In this document: in pieces, positions 1 to 13,779 of the stretch | How positions within the stretch are numbered: position 1 is the first letter of the stretch | How the letters are laid out: every line of letters begins with the position of its first letter | NCBI RefSeq assembly: GCF_000150275.1 | Contig: NW_002060943.1 | Coordinates: 7,510,066-7,574,065 of the forward strand | DNA length: 64,000 nt | Reading direction: 5' to 3' | From: Trichoplax adhaerens | Taxonomy: Eukaryota; Animalia; Placozoa | Notes under the pieces: model-generated | What the model saw: only the letters and a program-made list of their open reading frames with translations | Told to the model about the DNA's origin: nothing | Database searches by the model: none | Position numbers and translations under genes: made by a program

Positions 1-1589
1 GATGGAAGTTTAAATTCCTTCGAATTAACCATTAGCTTAACTTTTGACTATAATATAAATCAAAATAATAATTACGGATGGAATTAATTTGTATATTTTA
101 ATTCAAACGGAGATAATTGCGCAAGCCATTATCTCAGTATGTTATCTTAATTGATGTTGGTAATTCGGATAGATTATCGAATTGAATTTATTCTTTAATG
201 GTTCAAAATTATAATTATGGAATAGAACGTAAGTAATAACAATCGAAGATAGTCTTAATATTACAATGGCTAAAATAACGTCTCATCTTGCATCTTTATA
301 AATTAATAGTTTAGAATTTTTTATGTAAGGAAGGCTGCACTAGACTCGACAAGTAGATTTGTTTAAACATGCTATGCCATATATTGGAATAGACGAATAT
401 AATAGAAGAAGATATAGAAGATGAAAATAATATTAAAGGCCTTTGATAGAAACATAATTGAAAATTGAATTGAATCAATCTCTTTCTCTATAAATGATTG
501 ATACATATCTACAGATTAATTCGTGATAGTAATTGATTAATATATAACATAGAAATATTTTCCTCCTTCAATTATCTTTTCAAATACATGAAGGTGTTTA
601 TTCTGTTTACTCCTGATTTAATATTCTAGCCTGGGGTAAAAGTCATTTTGATTTCGTAGACAGTCTTGAATGAGAGTCCATGATAGATGAATAATAGTTT
701 ATATTATTTTAAAAGCTTAAAGTTTAACCATTCTATTCATATTTTACATTGTTGACTTATTCTACTAGTCCGTGATTAACAATTGATCGCGAGGCTTTTA
801 TCTTTACAACTCTTGACCATTACTAATGTAAAGAAGGTTGTAGTTGTCGAATGTAATCCAATCATAAACAACTTATTAAAGAACGGCAGTTAAAAGGGAG
901 TGTGGGAAACTTTTAGATTGACCAATGTTACCAGAAGCGATGGTTAATTAAATTATTTTATTTGCTGATATTTCATCACGATAGATTAGTCTTTGCATTA
1001 ATGATTTCGATTGGTACAATACTATACTACAATTAAATTGCATCCCATAGTATTCTTATATAAAATATGAGATTCTTTATATGCAGTTGTTAGTAAGTTC
1101 TCAAAAATAACTTTATTGTTGATTAACTATCCACTATTTAATAGCCTAGACATAATCATAATAGTATTGATGTTATTTGGCCTAGAATACATGTACAAGT
1201 TTAGTTTTCTTGTATTGTATTCGTAAATATAATATAAAAGCACACTCCACAATTTAGATGACAATATTGAAATGATTACTGATAGAATAACCATTTAGAT
1301 ATAATTTTCTGATCTACAAAATCTGTGACATGATACCAGGATGGATGTTAGTTTGATCAAGCATACTCCTAAATTGACTTTTTCAATCTTCAAGGGAATA
1401 GTAAATTGATTACAGCATTAAAATTGCCCATAAACAGTAGAACTAATTTCTTGTTCACCAAAATCACCGCGCAGAAGAATACATTAGCACGTCGCGCGAT
1501 TTCGACAACAATATTAAATTGGTCAATGTACTACAGCCACGTGAAAAATTTTCGAATTCATCGATATCTTGTAACAAATTGAATATGAT

Positions 1590-1950
1590 TAATTTAAGGG
1601 CTAGACTAGAATAGGAGATATTCCTTCTCATATTAATACAATACAATAATAGTTTAGTTATGATATAGATAGCTAGTGACTTAACGTGAATAGAATAGAA
1701 TTTAATGCAAGGCTAGAGTAGTGGAGACTTTTACTTCTTCTATCGTGCAAACATGATCATAATGGTCTAGTCATCTAATAGATATGCAACTTTACACCAA
1801 TCGAATAAAATTTAATGCAAGGCTAGACCAGCGTAAGGACTTTTGTTTCTAGTATCAAGTAAACATGATCATAATAGTTTAGTCATCAAATACGTATGCT
1901 AGAAACTTAACACGAATCGAATAGAATTCCATGTAAGATTAGACTACTGT
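1590..1950. repeat. Degenerate tandem repeat, ~115-bp unit, ~3 copies
   Basis: Recurring aatttaatgcaaggctaga...aaacatgatcataat(a/g)gt(t/c)tagtcatc. Confidence 0.75.
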
Positions 1951-2239
1951 AATGAGCAACTGAGTCAAGAATTTAATCAACTATGCGATTACTAAATCAT
2001 TCATTTACGTCATCGTAATACCTTGAAAAGTAAATGAATTGGCGCTCTTTGAATGTTATTCATGTACTCTTTTAGCGGTATATGAATCTGCCGATAGTAG
2101 TATTTTATTATCAAGAAATTACTCAGTTCGTCATCTCTTAATCTTTCACAAGCTAGATATAGAATACGAAGAGTAAGGAAATGGATCTATGTTGCATATG
2201 TTAATTATTTATCACCTACGCATCTATATTAATACAATC

Positions 2240-2490
2240 CGAAATTAATGGAATGTCTATTGATTAAAGCGTGGTAGTTTATTCTAGCGTTACGCTCTAA
2301 AAGTGTTGATGAATTTCCATACCTGTAAATCATTTATATCTTACGTAATAATAACAGGAAAAGATTTAATCAGAAATTAATGGAATTTCTATTATTAAAG
2401 GCTAACTATTGAATCTCAAGGGGTACTAGGGGTATAAAATTGTTGGCGAATATCTACGTCAGTAAATCATTTATATTTTACGTAATGATA
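2240..2490. repeat. Direct duplication, ~135 bp, 2 copies
   Basis: gaaattaatggaat...gtaaatcatttatat..tacgtaat occurs twice. Confidence 0.7.
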
Positions 2491-5400
2491 GTTAGAAAAA
2501 ATACATAGCTAATATATCATTTATCAATGACGTAGTCCAAGGTAGAAATGTCAATAAAATCCAAATCCAATGTCTGCCCTATTCTAATATTATTTCCTTT
2601 ACATGTTACATATTTTGTTATCATGCAACAATGAATAATTGACGTCGAATGGGCAGCATCGGCCATCCAATTTAAAAATAGCAAAGTGGTAATACTATGC
2701 AATAGAAGAATAACAATTTTATTTTTGTGTAGACTAGTCTAGAGTAAATTGTAAACTCGTCAACATTGATCAATAATTGAATTTCTGTATCTCATCAAGA
2801 GGACAATAAAATTGATCTACTTGTTAGTAGCCTAGAGGATATTTTTCATTTAAAAATGAGCCTTGTTGAAATTAGTAGTGGATTACAGGAATAACAGTTG
2901 TAAAGAGATCTTAGAAGGATAAATATATTTTCTTTTTGACTCTTGTAATTATCTCATTTTATTGATGTTGTTATTAAAACATATCAAGTTCGACACTAGT
3001 AAGCAATATGATTTTTATTAATAAAAAATTATCTTAAATTAATCTGTATCGTAGTATTTACCTATCGGAAAGATCTTCCGATAGGTAGTTTACTATTTCA
3101 AAATAGGTGTATAAGTCTATCTTTACAATTGGCCCATTTGGTACGCGTATAAATATAAATGTTGAAAGGGTATCCATTGCTTGGAGCTCTATTCGTATAG
3201 AATTACGATTCATCCTGATTTATGTAGCGGAAATAGAAAGCAGGATATCCAAAAATTCACTAATAATTTACTATGACATTGTTTATCAGCTTACTATTCA
3301 AATCCTATTACACTATTATCGATCATGAATCTATTATCGTGTCTTTGAATCGATCATGGCAGAGCTATTAGAGATTGAGGAAGGTGGAGGGAAAAAAATA
3401 TTGTCTACTCGTCAAGTGAAGATGATTATTGTTAGAAATTACTTTCTACTATACCATAAGAATAGATTATGCCCTGACGTTTTGTATGTCTATATAGTCT
3501 AGGCTTCTTCTAAACTACCTTCATCAATACGATGTAGAAGTTTGGATAATTTAATTACTTGAATGATGTATTTGTGATGTATTTATTCTCGGTTATTTCG
3601 ATGTCATGCTGTGTTATTGATGCTCTCTAAAGTAAGCTTAGCAGATTGCCTTGGTATCCTTAGCTATGAATCGTGATTAAGATTGAATAAAATACAAGAT
3701 CGATAGAAAATAAAATGCTTTACTATAACTCTCCAGTCCTTCCCCTCGAGTCAATTAACTTTCATTCATGTATCCAGTAGGAGGAGATAGCGATGTTCAA
3801 TGATGAAATTATAATAGGATTGGCATGCGATGATTGGCTTGATTGACCAAGAGGAGGTAATCAACATTTTAACGGCTATGGTGACTATTTCAGCATGGAT
3901 TCTAATTGATTTGTAGCCTACTATTGACCATTTTCAATATTATCTTAATCTATTGCATCGACATCCAATGATGATGATTAGGCTTTCTTGAATAGAAGGG
4001 AGAAAAAATGAGGAAGAAAATATTGTAGCATAAGTAAAAGGATGATTAGACGTCATTGAATGGAATATTTTTTATTAATTTAATTTTATTTTCAACTGAA
4101 CAATATCTATTCACGTCATTAAAATGATCCAAGATCGCTATGATGTAATTTCCTCATGATCATATTTAATAGGGAGGAGGAAGAAAAAGATGACGATAGG
4201 CTATTATTATTGCCAAGGATTATACTTGAACTATGAGCATTCCATTATAGTTGTTCTTAGATTGATATTTTTTCTTCCCTTCAATATACATCATACGATA
4301 ACTCAACTAGAGGAGATGAATTAGTTGAACAAATCAAGTTAAATAATTGATGTTGTAATTGCCTAGATTATTGTCTATCAAATGGAACGATTGTTGATCT
4401 TTCTTTTGATGTTGAGGATTTACTTTAATTTCCATTCTCAACTTATTTAATTCTGATCGACGTCCTCTTGACATCATCTACTCTCTATTGGCTATTTTTC
4501 CTTCCTTCTATCCCCTCTTGTATCCATTGTACAACGCCATTAATGCCTATTGAATAGGCTTGCCATTGCTTCATTTCCTTCCTCTCTTCCATAACAAATA
4601 AGAGAAGCTAATTGTCTATAATATTTAATTTGCAATCTATTCAACTGTTGCTATAGAATTATCCCTGTATGCATTCTATTATGTTTTATTTGTTGCTAAC
4701 CTTGTCCATTAAAACAATCACATCGATAGGTTTATATCATTCCATGAATATCCAACTTGCATCATAATAGTTATTATTCAATTAAGAAGACAAAAACATT
4801 ACGGTATGCCCTAAGAAGAATCTCCTTTTTAAATTCAAACATAGTAGCCAAAGGAATCGTTGCTATTGGTTGAAAAGCATGTTATTTGTGTTGTTGATCG
4901 TTGAATAGATGTCTCTAGATCATTTTTTTTTTGCTATTAATGCTTTTCCACGACTATATTTCTACTCTATAGTATACTAGTATTAATAATTAGTTGCAAA
5001 TTAAGGCCAATTTTATATATACAAAATATCAAGGCAGCACTTCTATTGTAGCATTACTATATCAATCGATGATTGCTTATTCTTTGACAACTGGAGTCTC
5101 ACACATTATTTTTCTCTCTTGATATATTTTGCAAGTGTTACCTATCCAATTGAAGGAAATTTAGAACTCTTGGTTGGTTGGATACTTGCTATTGACTATT
5201 GGATAACATTCTATAAAGATTAATCGCTATTATCGCCGATTAAATAGACAGAAAGAGAGAGAGAGTGAGAAAGAATCAATTGTAATATACTTGACTAACT
5301 GGCCATCGTAGTTCAATATATATTCAGCAATAGTATTACCAGCGTAGTCTCTCCAGTAGAATTGGATAGTTTAGTTTTATATTTTACTCCATCTCTTTCT

Positions 5401-6703
5401 GCCATCATTCTATACACGATCGATCTTTACAATTTTTACTATCCCAATTACAAGGAATCCTTTCTTAATAGTAATACCATTTAGCGTTCATCGTCTGACT
5501 GGAATTGAATCAAGAAGACAAAAACTCTTTGAAAGAAACACTATCGAAAATTATTCAGTAAGGAAATAGATTAATGTGCTGCAATTTTTTTTTATATACT
5601 TTTTGAAACGCCTCGCGTTAGCAATTAATTTAACCACGTAGTTTATTAATTACCAATAGGATCAACATTGAACAGACTGGCAAGACCTGTTTCTTCAATC
5701 ACCAATTGGATCTAAAGTTAAAGTTTGTTCAATATTGTGGCAGTCAAGGCAGATATAGCCATCTGTTGGTATGTCTTGATCACCTTGTTATAATTGTTTC
5801 ATCAGCTGGTAGCTTGTCTTTGTGTATTTTAGTCAGCAATGTTCAAAGTTTAGATTTGATAGGCAATTAGTTGATTTTTGATTTGTCAATTCTACACATC
5901 TTCGCCGCCATTTTTATCACATCTCTCTAATTATTCCACCTCCTCACCCTCTCCTAGCCTAATTTGTTTTACTTCCTTTATTTATCATGACGGTAATTGA
6001 TTTTCTTCCCCCACATAGCCAATCGATATTGAAATAGCTTGGCTATGCCGTACTTTGCCTTGTTTTATTTGTATAATGTTCTGGATATAAACTACCAAAG
6101 TAAAATTTTAGTCATCAGTTAGGGAGATATATATAGACTGCTGAGCATTGTTCATCGTCACGTTGGCTGTTCTCGGCTCTTCCATAAGTTATACTTACTA
6201 TCACCTATTTTTTCCCTTTTCGTTGATTCCATCATTTTCCTTCATTTCTGTCTTCAGTAAAATTTTTATTCCAACTATCATTCTACAAGAAAGAAGTTGA
6301 CTAGAAAAATTCTCGAAGATCCCTGAAATTGATTTGTCGATGTAATCTCTCCTAGCTGTTATTAAGAGTTAATTCTTACTTTATTTTCATTACGTTGATC
6401 ATTTCTTTTCACGGAATAGATCAAACAAGTATTGACTTAAAAATTGTTTTGATTGAATCCATTTATTTCTTTTTCATCCTTTTGACAATCTTAATACTAT
6501 TCTTGGATTAACCGTTGGTATCAACTCTATTGCTAACCGCTTTTTATTTTTTTCCTGCATTCTTCAATTCTTACTATCATTGATTACTACCTTAATAACA
6601 TTATTAATACCCACCTCATTCTATTGAAACCATTTTTTTGACCATCTTGCCACTGTTTTTGTTATCCCTCTCTCTATTGCCTATCGCCTGCTTTGATTAG
6701 AGG

Positions 6704-7795
6704 ATGGATACTATCATAGATGATTACCAAGATGGATGCGATGACATCATCGATACACGAGATCCATTTAAATGTACGATCCAAATTCAATCTGGAATGA
6801 ATAATTTGAGAGAGATTTTTCACCCTTTATTACAATGGATCGATCCAGTCTTTCAATTTGTCAATCTTAAAAGTGGTTTAGCCAATTTATTTCAAAAAAC
6901 TAACCAAGCAACAACCTTTGGCTCCAATAATTTCGAACGACGCAATCATTCAACGCATGGTAGCAATCATATTGCAAATCATAAAAATAATGGTCAAACA
7001 ACGATTGAGACACAAGCATTAAGTTTAGTTTTATTCCTTCACGAGAATAATAATCCACTATCTGCTCATCAAATTCAAGAAAAATTAAAATTACCACCGT
7101 GGAAATACCATCATAGTCAGTATTTAGGTGGTCCAAGTCATCAACGTCAGCATCAACAAAGACAAGCATTACAGAAGCAATCCGCTGCTCGGCAAGATTA
7201 TTACTCCATCACACGCAATTTACCACTTTGGGCTGTATCGTCGATCCATTGCGGCAATGAAGTATTGCGATTTAATATTTTTACGCGTAATCATCAAGCG
7301 ATGAAAGAATTTTACACTCTTTTATTAGATGATCAACCCACCTTTCATCGTCAACATTTTTGTCTTTTTACTCTGTATAGCCAGCCTGGATTATGCATCC
7401 AACTGAGTTTAAAATATGATGCAACTTTATTACCTATTCCTGTTCAATCGGCATTTCTACAATTTCGTGTTCATAATATTAGTGAATTATCCAGTACATT
7501 AACCTCATCGCAACTGAATTGCCCTCATGGTAGGACTGGTTGGTGGACAACTTATGATCCAGATGGGAATTTTGTACTTTTACAAGACGATCAAAACGAA
7601 GTTAATCTTCATAATACTGAAATTGCTAGTAATCAAAGTAGTACAGATGGCCTAACACGGCCACGCTATCAATCGTCAATATGTAGTTCTGATAGTCATG
7701 ATAGTGGAGCATGTAGTGGTGAAAACGAAGATGGCTACCAAGAAGATTTCAAGAAAAATTTACCTCCTTCTATAAGCGAAGGGATCATTGTTTAA
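6704..7795 (+). CDS. FAM124: FAM124-family protein, single-exon CDS (363 aa)
   Basis: Long open ORF with FAM124 motifs: LVLFLHE, PPWKYHH, QDYY..LPLWAV..HCGNEVLRF, FCLFTLYS..IQLSLK, LQFRV, WTTYDPDGNFVLLQ. Confidence 0.85.
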   Translation: MDTIIDDYQDGCDDIIDTRDPFKCTIQIQSGMNNLREIFHPLLQWIDPVFQFVNLKSGLANLFQKTNQATTFGSNNFERRNHSTHGSNHIANHKNNGQTTIETQALSLVLFLHENNNPLSAHQIQEKLKLPPWKYHHSQYLGGPSHQRQHQQRQALQKQSAARQDYYSITRNLPLWAVSSIHCGNEVLRFNIFTRNHQAMKEFYTLLLDDQPTFHRQHFCLFTLYSQPGLCIQLSLKYDATLLPIPVQSAFLQFRVHNISELSSTLTSSQLNCPHGRTGWWTTYDPDGNFVLLQDDQNEVNLHNTEIASNQSSTDGLTRPRYQSSICSSDSHDSGACSGENEDGYQEDFKKNLPPSISEGIIV

Positions 7796-10700
7796 CTTAA
7801 TAGCCATTGGAATGATAAAGTTGCAATGATACAGTCCATTTTACCCGTCTGGATTTATTTTCGGGTCAACATTCCTTTCCTATGGAGATCATGTCAATTA
7901 GACGATGGCATGATTTCATTAAAGGAGTAATTATTATTTTTTTTGTTTTCTACGTAATTGCTTGAACTACCGACTACCGAGTAGAAGCAATTGATGGGAA
8001 AGGATCGATTGGATATTTTTTCAATATCGTTTGAAGTCGCTTTCAACAATCTCGATGCACCAACAGGATAATGGTTAATTTATACGTCCAAATCAATTCA
8101 TTTATAGTCCGTTAAAAATGGCTCTTATTTATGTGCGTATGAATACTGTACTTTTGATTGCTTAATTGTTTCAAGTCTACTATGATCAGCTCTATATCTT
8201 AACTTTAAATGATAACTTCCTCACTTTGGCAACATCGAATTTATATATATCTGTAAATATTCGTGTTTCTATCTATCTATCGACATGATACGATTAGATA
8301 CCGCTATGAATATCGCAATCATGACGATCAACGTAGAAGATACTAGCTAAAAGATGTTTCTTTTTCTTCAACCACTTTTTTTTTTATACTTCTATATCAA
8401 TATGGTAGTGTAGTTGTTATTCTATACCATTTTAGAGTAGATGAGCATTAAAATACAGTGAAAAATATGAAGTAGGCGTTAGACTAGACATGTTATTTTA
8501 TTTAATGTCTGTCTATCTTGGCTGAATGTAATCCTTTATAGAAAATACATCATCGTTTAACTAGCCTTGCTATTTTATATCAAAATAGTGGATTGAATTG
8601 ATCCATTAAAGATGACATTAGTTTTCTAAAATAGTAAAAGATGTCATAACGTGATAATAGACATAAGCCATCATGGCGCATTTTTCCCCTTGTGCTGTTT
8701 CTAAAAGGAATAATCAAATATTCGACGACATAATATCGTCGAATCATTTAGATATCGTCTTTTAAAACAATCGTGATAATTGGCTAGCCATTTTTATTGT
8801 CTTTCTAACTAATCAACATAGCTGTAATTGGATTATTAAAGAGTCTATTCTACTTTTTTTTTAGCTTTATTTTGAACGTTATTATTGATGATTGTACTAA
8901 GTGTAAAGCCATAGCCGTCATCAATCAAAGCGTTTCTATCATTACTTTGAAAGTTGAAAACATTTTTTTCACTGCCATAATTTCGATATAGTAAATGCTA
9001 ATTAATACTCAACTTTGGCTAATAATATAACTCAATCAAGATTGTATGGTCTATAATAGCATTAGTTAATGATTATTTGATGACAATCGCTTGAAACTGT
9101 TTTGTATAAAAAAAAATTGAGGCTCATTTTTTATAAAATCATGTCATGATTGCTATTTGTCTATTACATCAATTTCATTTTTAATTCCATGTATCAAAAC
9201 ATCTGTGGTATTACCTATCTATCTGTCTATCTCGTATCTATCATAATTAAGAAGAAGAATTGAATTAGGTTATAATTATTCATGTACAGCAGTATAATGC
9301 CGAGGAAGTATATTAATCTACTAATTAACAAGCAAAATATATCTCTATCGACAAGCATGTCTTCTAAAAATGTCTGTATATAAATCTACTGATCGAGTGA
9401 TAAATAGAAATCGTTAACTTTATATATCTATATATGGTTTATATGTCTTACTCTATTCAATAATTATTTGATGATAGTAAAAATATAAAATAGCAAAGCA
9501 TCCTTCATGTAATCTATCAATCTTTTAAGTGCTGATTTAAAAAAAAAAATATTGTTCAATATGTCAGTCATAGCTGCATTAATCCTATTTATTATTATAA
9601 TCATTTCTCAGTACTCTATGTCTTCGTGATATCATTCTAAATATTCGTCTCGATGTTCTGTAAGTAGACACGTAATGACGATAAACATTTGTCTCACAAT
9701 AATTTACTTTTTATTTTTAACGACTTCAGTTTTGCCTGCCAATGCATCATCTAATGATATAATGTTAACATTATGTTTTTAAATCTTAACAAATTCAATG
9801 TATCTGTATAGACATTCTATTTCAAATAACATTAAAAAGTGACAATTGGTTTTTACAATTTAATGGGTAGCTCTTGCTGTCTAAATTAGTATTTATTCAA
9901 GTCTAGAATGGACTATTAAATCTTTATCAAAGCCTGAATGGGTATTAAAAGTGGCTTAGGCTAGTCTGCTATGTTTTCCAACTTTACCGCTTCATAAATA
10001 GGCATATAAGTTTAGGAATAAATCCTTGAATTTCACGAGAACTGGGATATTAGTGAATCTAGTTAACTTCAATATCTATTTTTGTAAATTATTGCCGTAA
10101 TTATTTATTAGTGCATGCCTCTAGGCAAGTTTAGGAATGGAATGACTAAAGTTTATAAGGACTTGGAAAACATCGAAAGTGACTCAATTAAGTTTAATCT
10201 ATATTTTAAATCTATCGCTTATGATTTCCATCGCTGATACGATTTTAAAGTTTTATAATCCAATGGATTTATCCTCGTTCCATTTTGGAAATTTTATCTA
10301 ATATTAGCAAAATGCTATTTCGTGTTCATCACAGTAGGTATTGCTGTAGATAACTCCATTTGATTTTGCAATGCCTAGGCGCCAGTGAAAGTCATTTCAA
10401 TCGACTTTGAGTTCAATGATATCTAGTTTAGTTTCGTCTTTAATTTTTTTTGGGTTTCCGAACAAGGGAATGATAATGTTCAATTTCAACCTGTGTTATT
10501 GTTCATCTTGCGTGGACAAACAGTTCACTCAGTCAATACATTCTTAACTAGTTCTAATTAATATCCATGTACAGTACAATCAATAAGTAACCTCATTTTG
10601 CAAAATAACATTGCAAATAAACAAATGCGAAAACATCATCATGTAGATTTATCTATCATAGCAGTTAGATAAAATAAAGGAGAACAATTAAAATGATCGA

Positions 10701-11919
10701 TTATGTAGTGATATTTTTTACCGTAAACTGATAACGGTATTGTTGTCTTGAAAAGGGTGATACAATTAAATAATGTTGTTCCGAAGCAAGAGTGATGATT
10801 TTTACATGATATTATTTTTCTCTCTTGGCTCTACATGTTACATTGATTTGAAAAAATTATGTTGATAGAAGCGGTAAAACGTCAAAGTAAGGCAAGTGGC
10901 GGCATTGGCTTTGATAATTTTTTTACACCTTCAATCTGTCATTCTGCTGATGTACATTATATCGATTGTTTGACTATTATATCTTAACTAAATGGAGCCA
11001 TATTGGATTGATTCTTTCGATTGAACATTCCATTATTCTAGATAAATGCTTTTACACGATGATAGCATAAAACAACCTTTTTATTTGTTCGTAGAGAAAA
11101 AGTTCATCCATTACCTCTCTCTCTCTCTGCATACATAATGATAGCTATGGCTATTATTATGTTGACAGTAACTATATAAAAAGAAAGACAATAGCTTAAT
11201 TAATTAATGTTGCATTTATTACAAGCAAAAAGCTGTAATTGTACACCCTGTTGTTTAACTTCAACTCCCTTTCCATGCTAATTAGGATTTATAGTTCATG
11301 ATTACAGTGGACGGTTATGGATGTCGATGAGAAGTAGGAATTAATGGAAGAAGAATCTGCATTTGCTGCCTTCTTGACAGTCGGAATGCACTAATTTTAT
11401 TCACCATCAATCGATAAGACCATCAAGACCCGTATCATGGATCAAGTTAATAAAATAACCGCAACGTTGCATCTTGCTTCTCATCATCGTGATGATGGTC
11501 ATGTCTATTCGTTAATTAATAGTACGAGTTTGGAATTCAATTAAAAGCGATAATTAACATGACTTAAATATATTAGGCCTAGATGATAAAGTTAAGAAGG
11601 AATCCTTTATGCTGAAATGCAACCACTTGAATAACTATTTTAGAGACAAGTCATTAAATCGATCATGATTATGTTTACTTTAACACCTTACAAGCATAAA
11701 TTATTTTGCGATGCAGTATCTACACCGCCTTTGATCTTATTCATCTTTCACCTAACGCTTACTAATGTCAATCAACTAGATTGTCATCACTGCACTAGGA
11801 CGAGTGCGATATTTTCTTTTTATTCCATTCTGTTTTACCGATAGAATGATCCAGTAATTCAAATAACGCCCTCGCATAAAATTTTTGTTAAGCTAAGTGA
11901 GAAAATAAAGTTCCGTTCT

Positions 11920-12515
11920 TGATATACAGTCTGCATCAGCGTGATGGATAGCTTCAACTGATCAAGACAGAATATTGCTATATTGTAGAGGAAAAAATAG
12001 TTTAGCACTCTCTATGCAGACATTGAATGAAGATGAACTGTAATTACAAGCTGTGCTATGTGAGAAAAGAGCGTTCCATTCAATGATTGAGATACTGTAT
12101 GTCGTCTGCATAGACACGATTAATAAATTCAAGACAGTATGTTGATATAGAGGGGAAATAATTTAGCACTCTTCTAGGCAGATATCGGATAATGATGAAC
12201 TGTAATTAATTATAGGTGATGATGAGAAAGCAACGTTGAGGTATTGAGATACAGTCTACATCAGCGTGACTAATTGATTTAAGACAGAATGTTGCTATAG
12301 AGGAGAAAATAGTTTAGCATTCTTCTATGCACACATTCGATACAGATGAACTGTAATTATATAAGGTACACTATGTGGAAAAGACCATTTAGTTATTGAG
12401 AAAAACGTGGAGTCTGTATCCGCTCAATTGATAGATTCAAGACGAAATGTTAGTAACTAAGAGAATAAACGAGCACTTATCTTGACACCCATCGAACAAA
12501 GACTAACTGTAATAA
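11920..12515. repeat. Degenerate tandem repeat, ~155-160-bp unit, ~4 copies
   Basis: gatgaactgtaatt recurs near 12033, 12194, 12346 and 12501 (degenerate). caagacag...tagag...tttagcact also recurs. Confidence 0.8.
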
Positions 12516-13779
12516 TAAGAAAAGAGTGAGAACAGGCATGAATGGTTAGTTATTTCTACAGTAATCGCATATTTTATAAGGTTAATAAGTAAGAAATTAG
12601 CGTGTCATGATTGAGGTGTAGTGCAGATATGATTGATTACTTAATTAGTGGTAGAATAATGATAATTAAGGAAAAGGAGGCAATCATAAGGATGATAGTG
12701 ATGAGAGAGCAAATAACAGGAGAAAGTTAAGCGATTACTGATTGGCTGCTATGTTTTAAGAAATAATTTTTAGCGAAGGCTATGGATAAGCTTGCAATTA
12801 TGACTACACGTGGAATGCTAAAGAACAATTCATTAGTTAATTTTAATGGAATAGAGATGAGAATTTACATATAATTTATTCGATCTCTCTCTTTCAATGA
12901 TGGCAATTAATTAATTAGATCAACAAGACCTATGCTGTTCATGATAATAAATTACAATGACCAATTGAAGTTAGTCAACTCGACAAAGGCTAGTTCTCGA
13001 CTTGCCAACGCCTAAAAAATGGAAGAAAGATGCGTGTAAACACTGATACGCATCGATAGAGATGTCTATGCTGATAGAGTATGAAATTCCAGCCTAGTAG
13101 CCTCGCTTACTGATTTAAAATTGCTCGATAAATTGTGTCTTGATCAAATAAAGTAGAGGAATAAACTGTTTGATTGTTAATATGCATTATGCAAAAATTA
13201 AAATATACTGTATATACTGGTACTTTGTTTTCTGCATATTATGGATTATGGAATTGTTTTATAATAAAAGCACAGTATAGGTATTTGATTTCTATACTAT
13301 GAATGATGCCTAGGCGCGTTCCAATCATATTAAATTTAAAAGAAAGTTTTTGTTGATGATACTATTATATATTAATTATTGAATCAGGGACAACGATCAT
13401 CGTTGGTTGAATATAAAATTATTGCATAATGTAATATCTTGACTGTAGAATTAAAAGAGTACTGGCCTGAATCATGTCCCAAGAGAAAAATTGATATTTC
13501 ACCTCGATACTCTGAATTTGTTGAGGCATTTCTTTGCAAACGTTAAAATATGCGTATAATTCATTAGTAAAGGAAATATCACAGAATATCGCAACATGCA
13601 GATTTGAAGTAGCAATCTAATACTAGTAATTGCGCTATCTACGTATGCAACTACTAAAACTGATCGCGTAGTCAAACCTAATCCTCGTTACTTGTAATTG
13701 ATTATTTTATTGTGTATATCTTATTCTGTCAGTTATTTATCTGTATGATTCTCATAATCGCAGTCTGCTACTCGATTTT

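Noticed and set aside
6900-7169. 89-aa antisense ORF inside FAM124
   Set aside because: Shadow ORF with no independent support.
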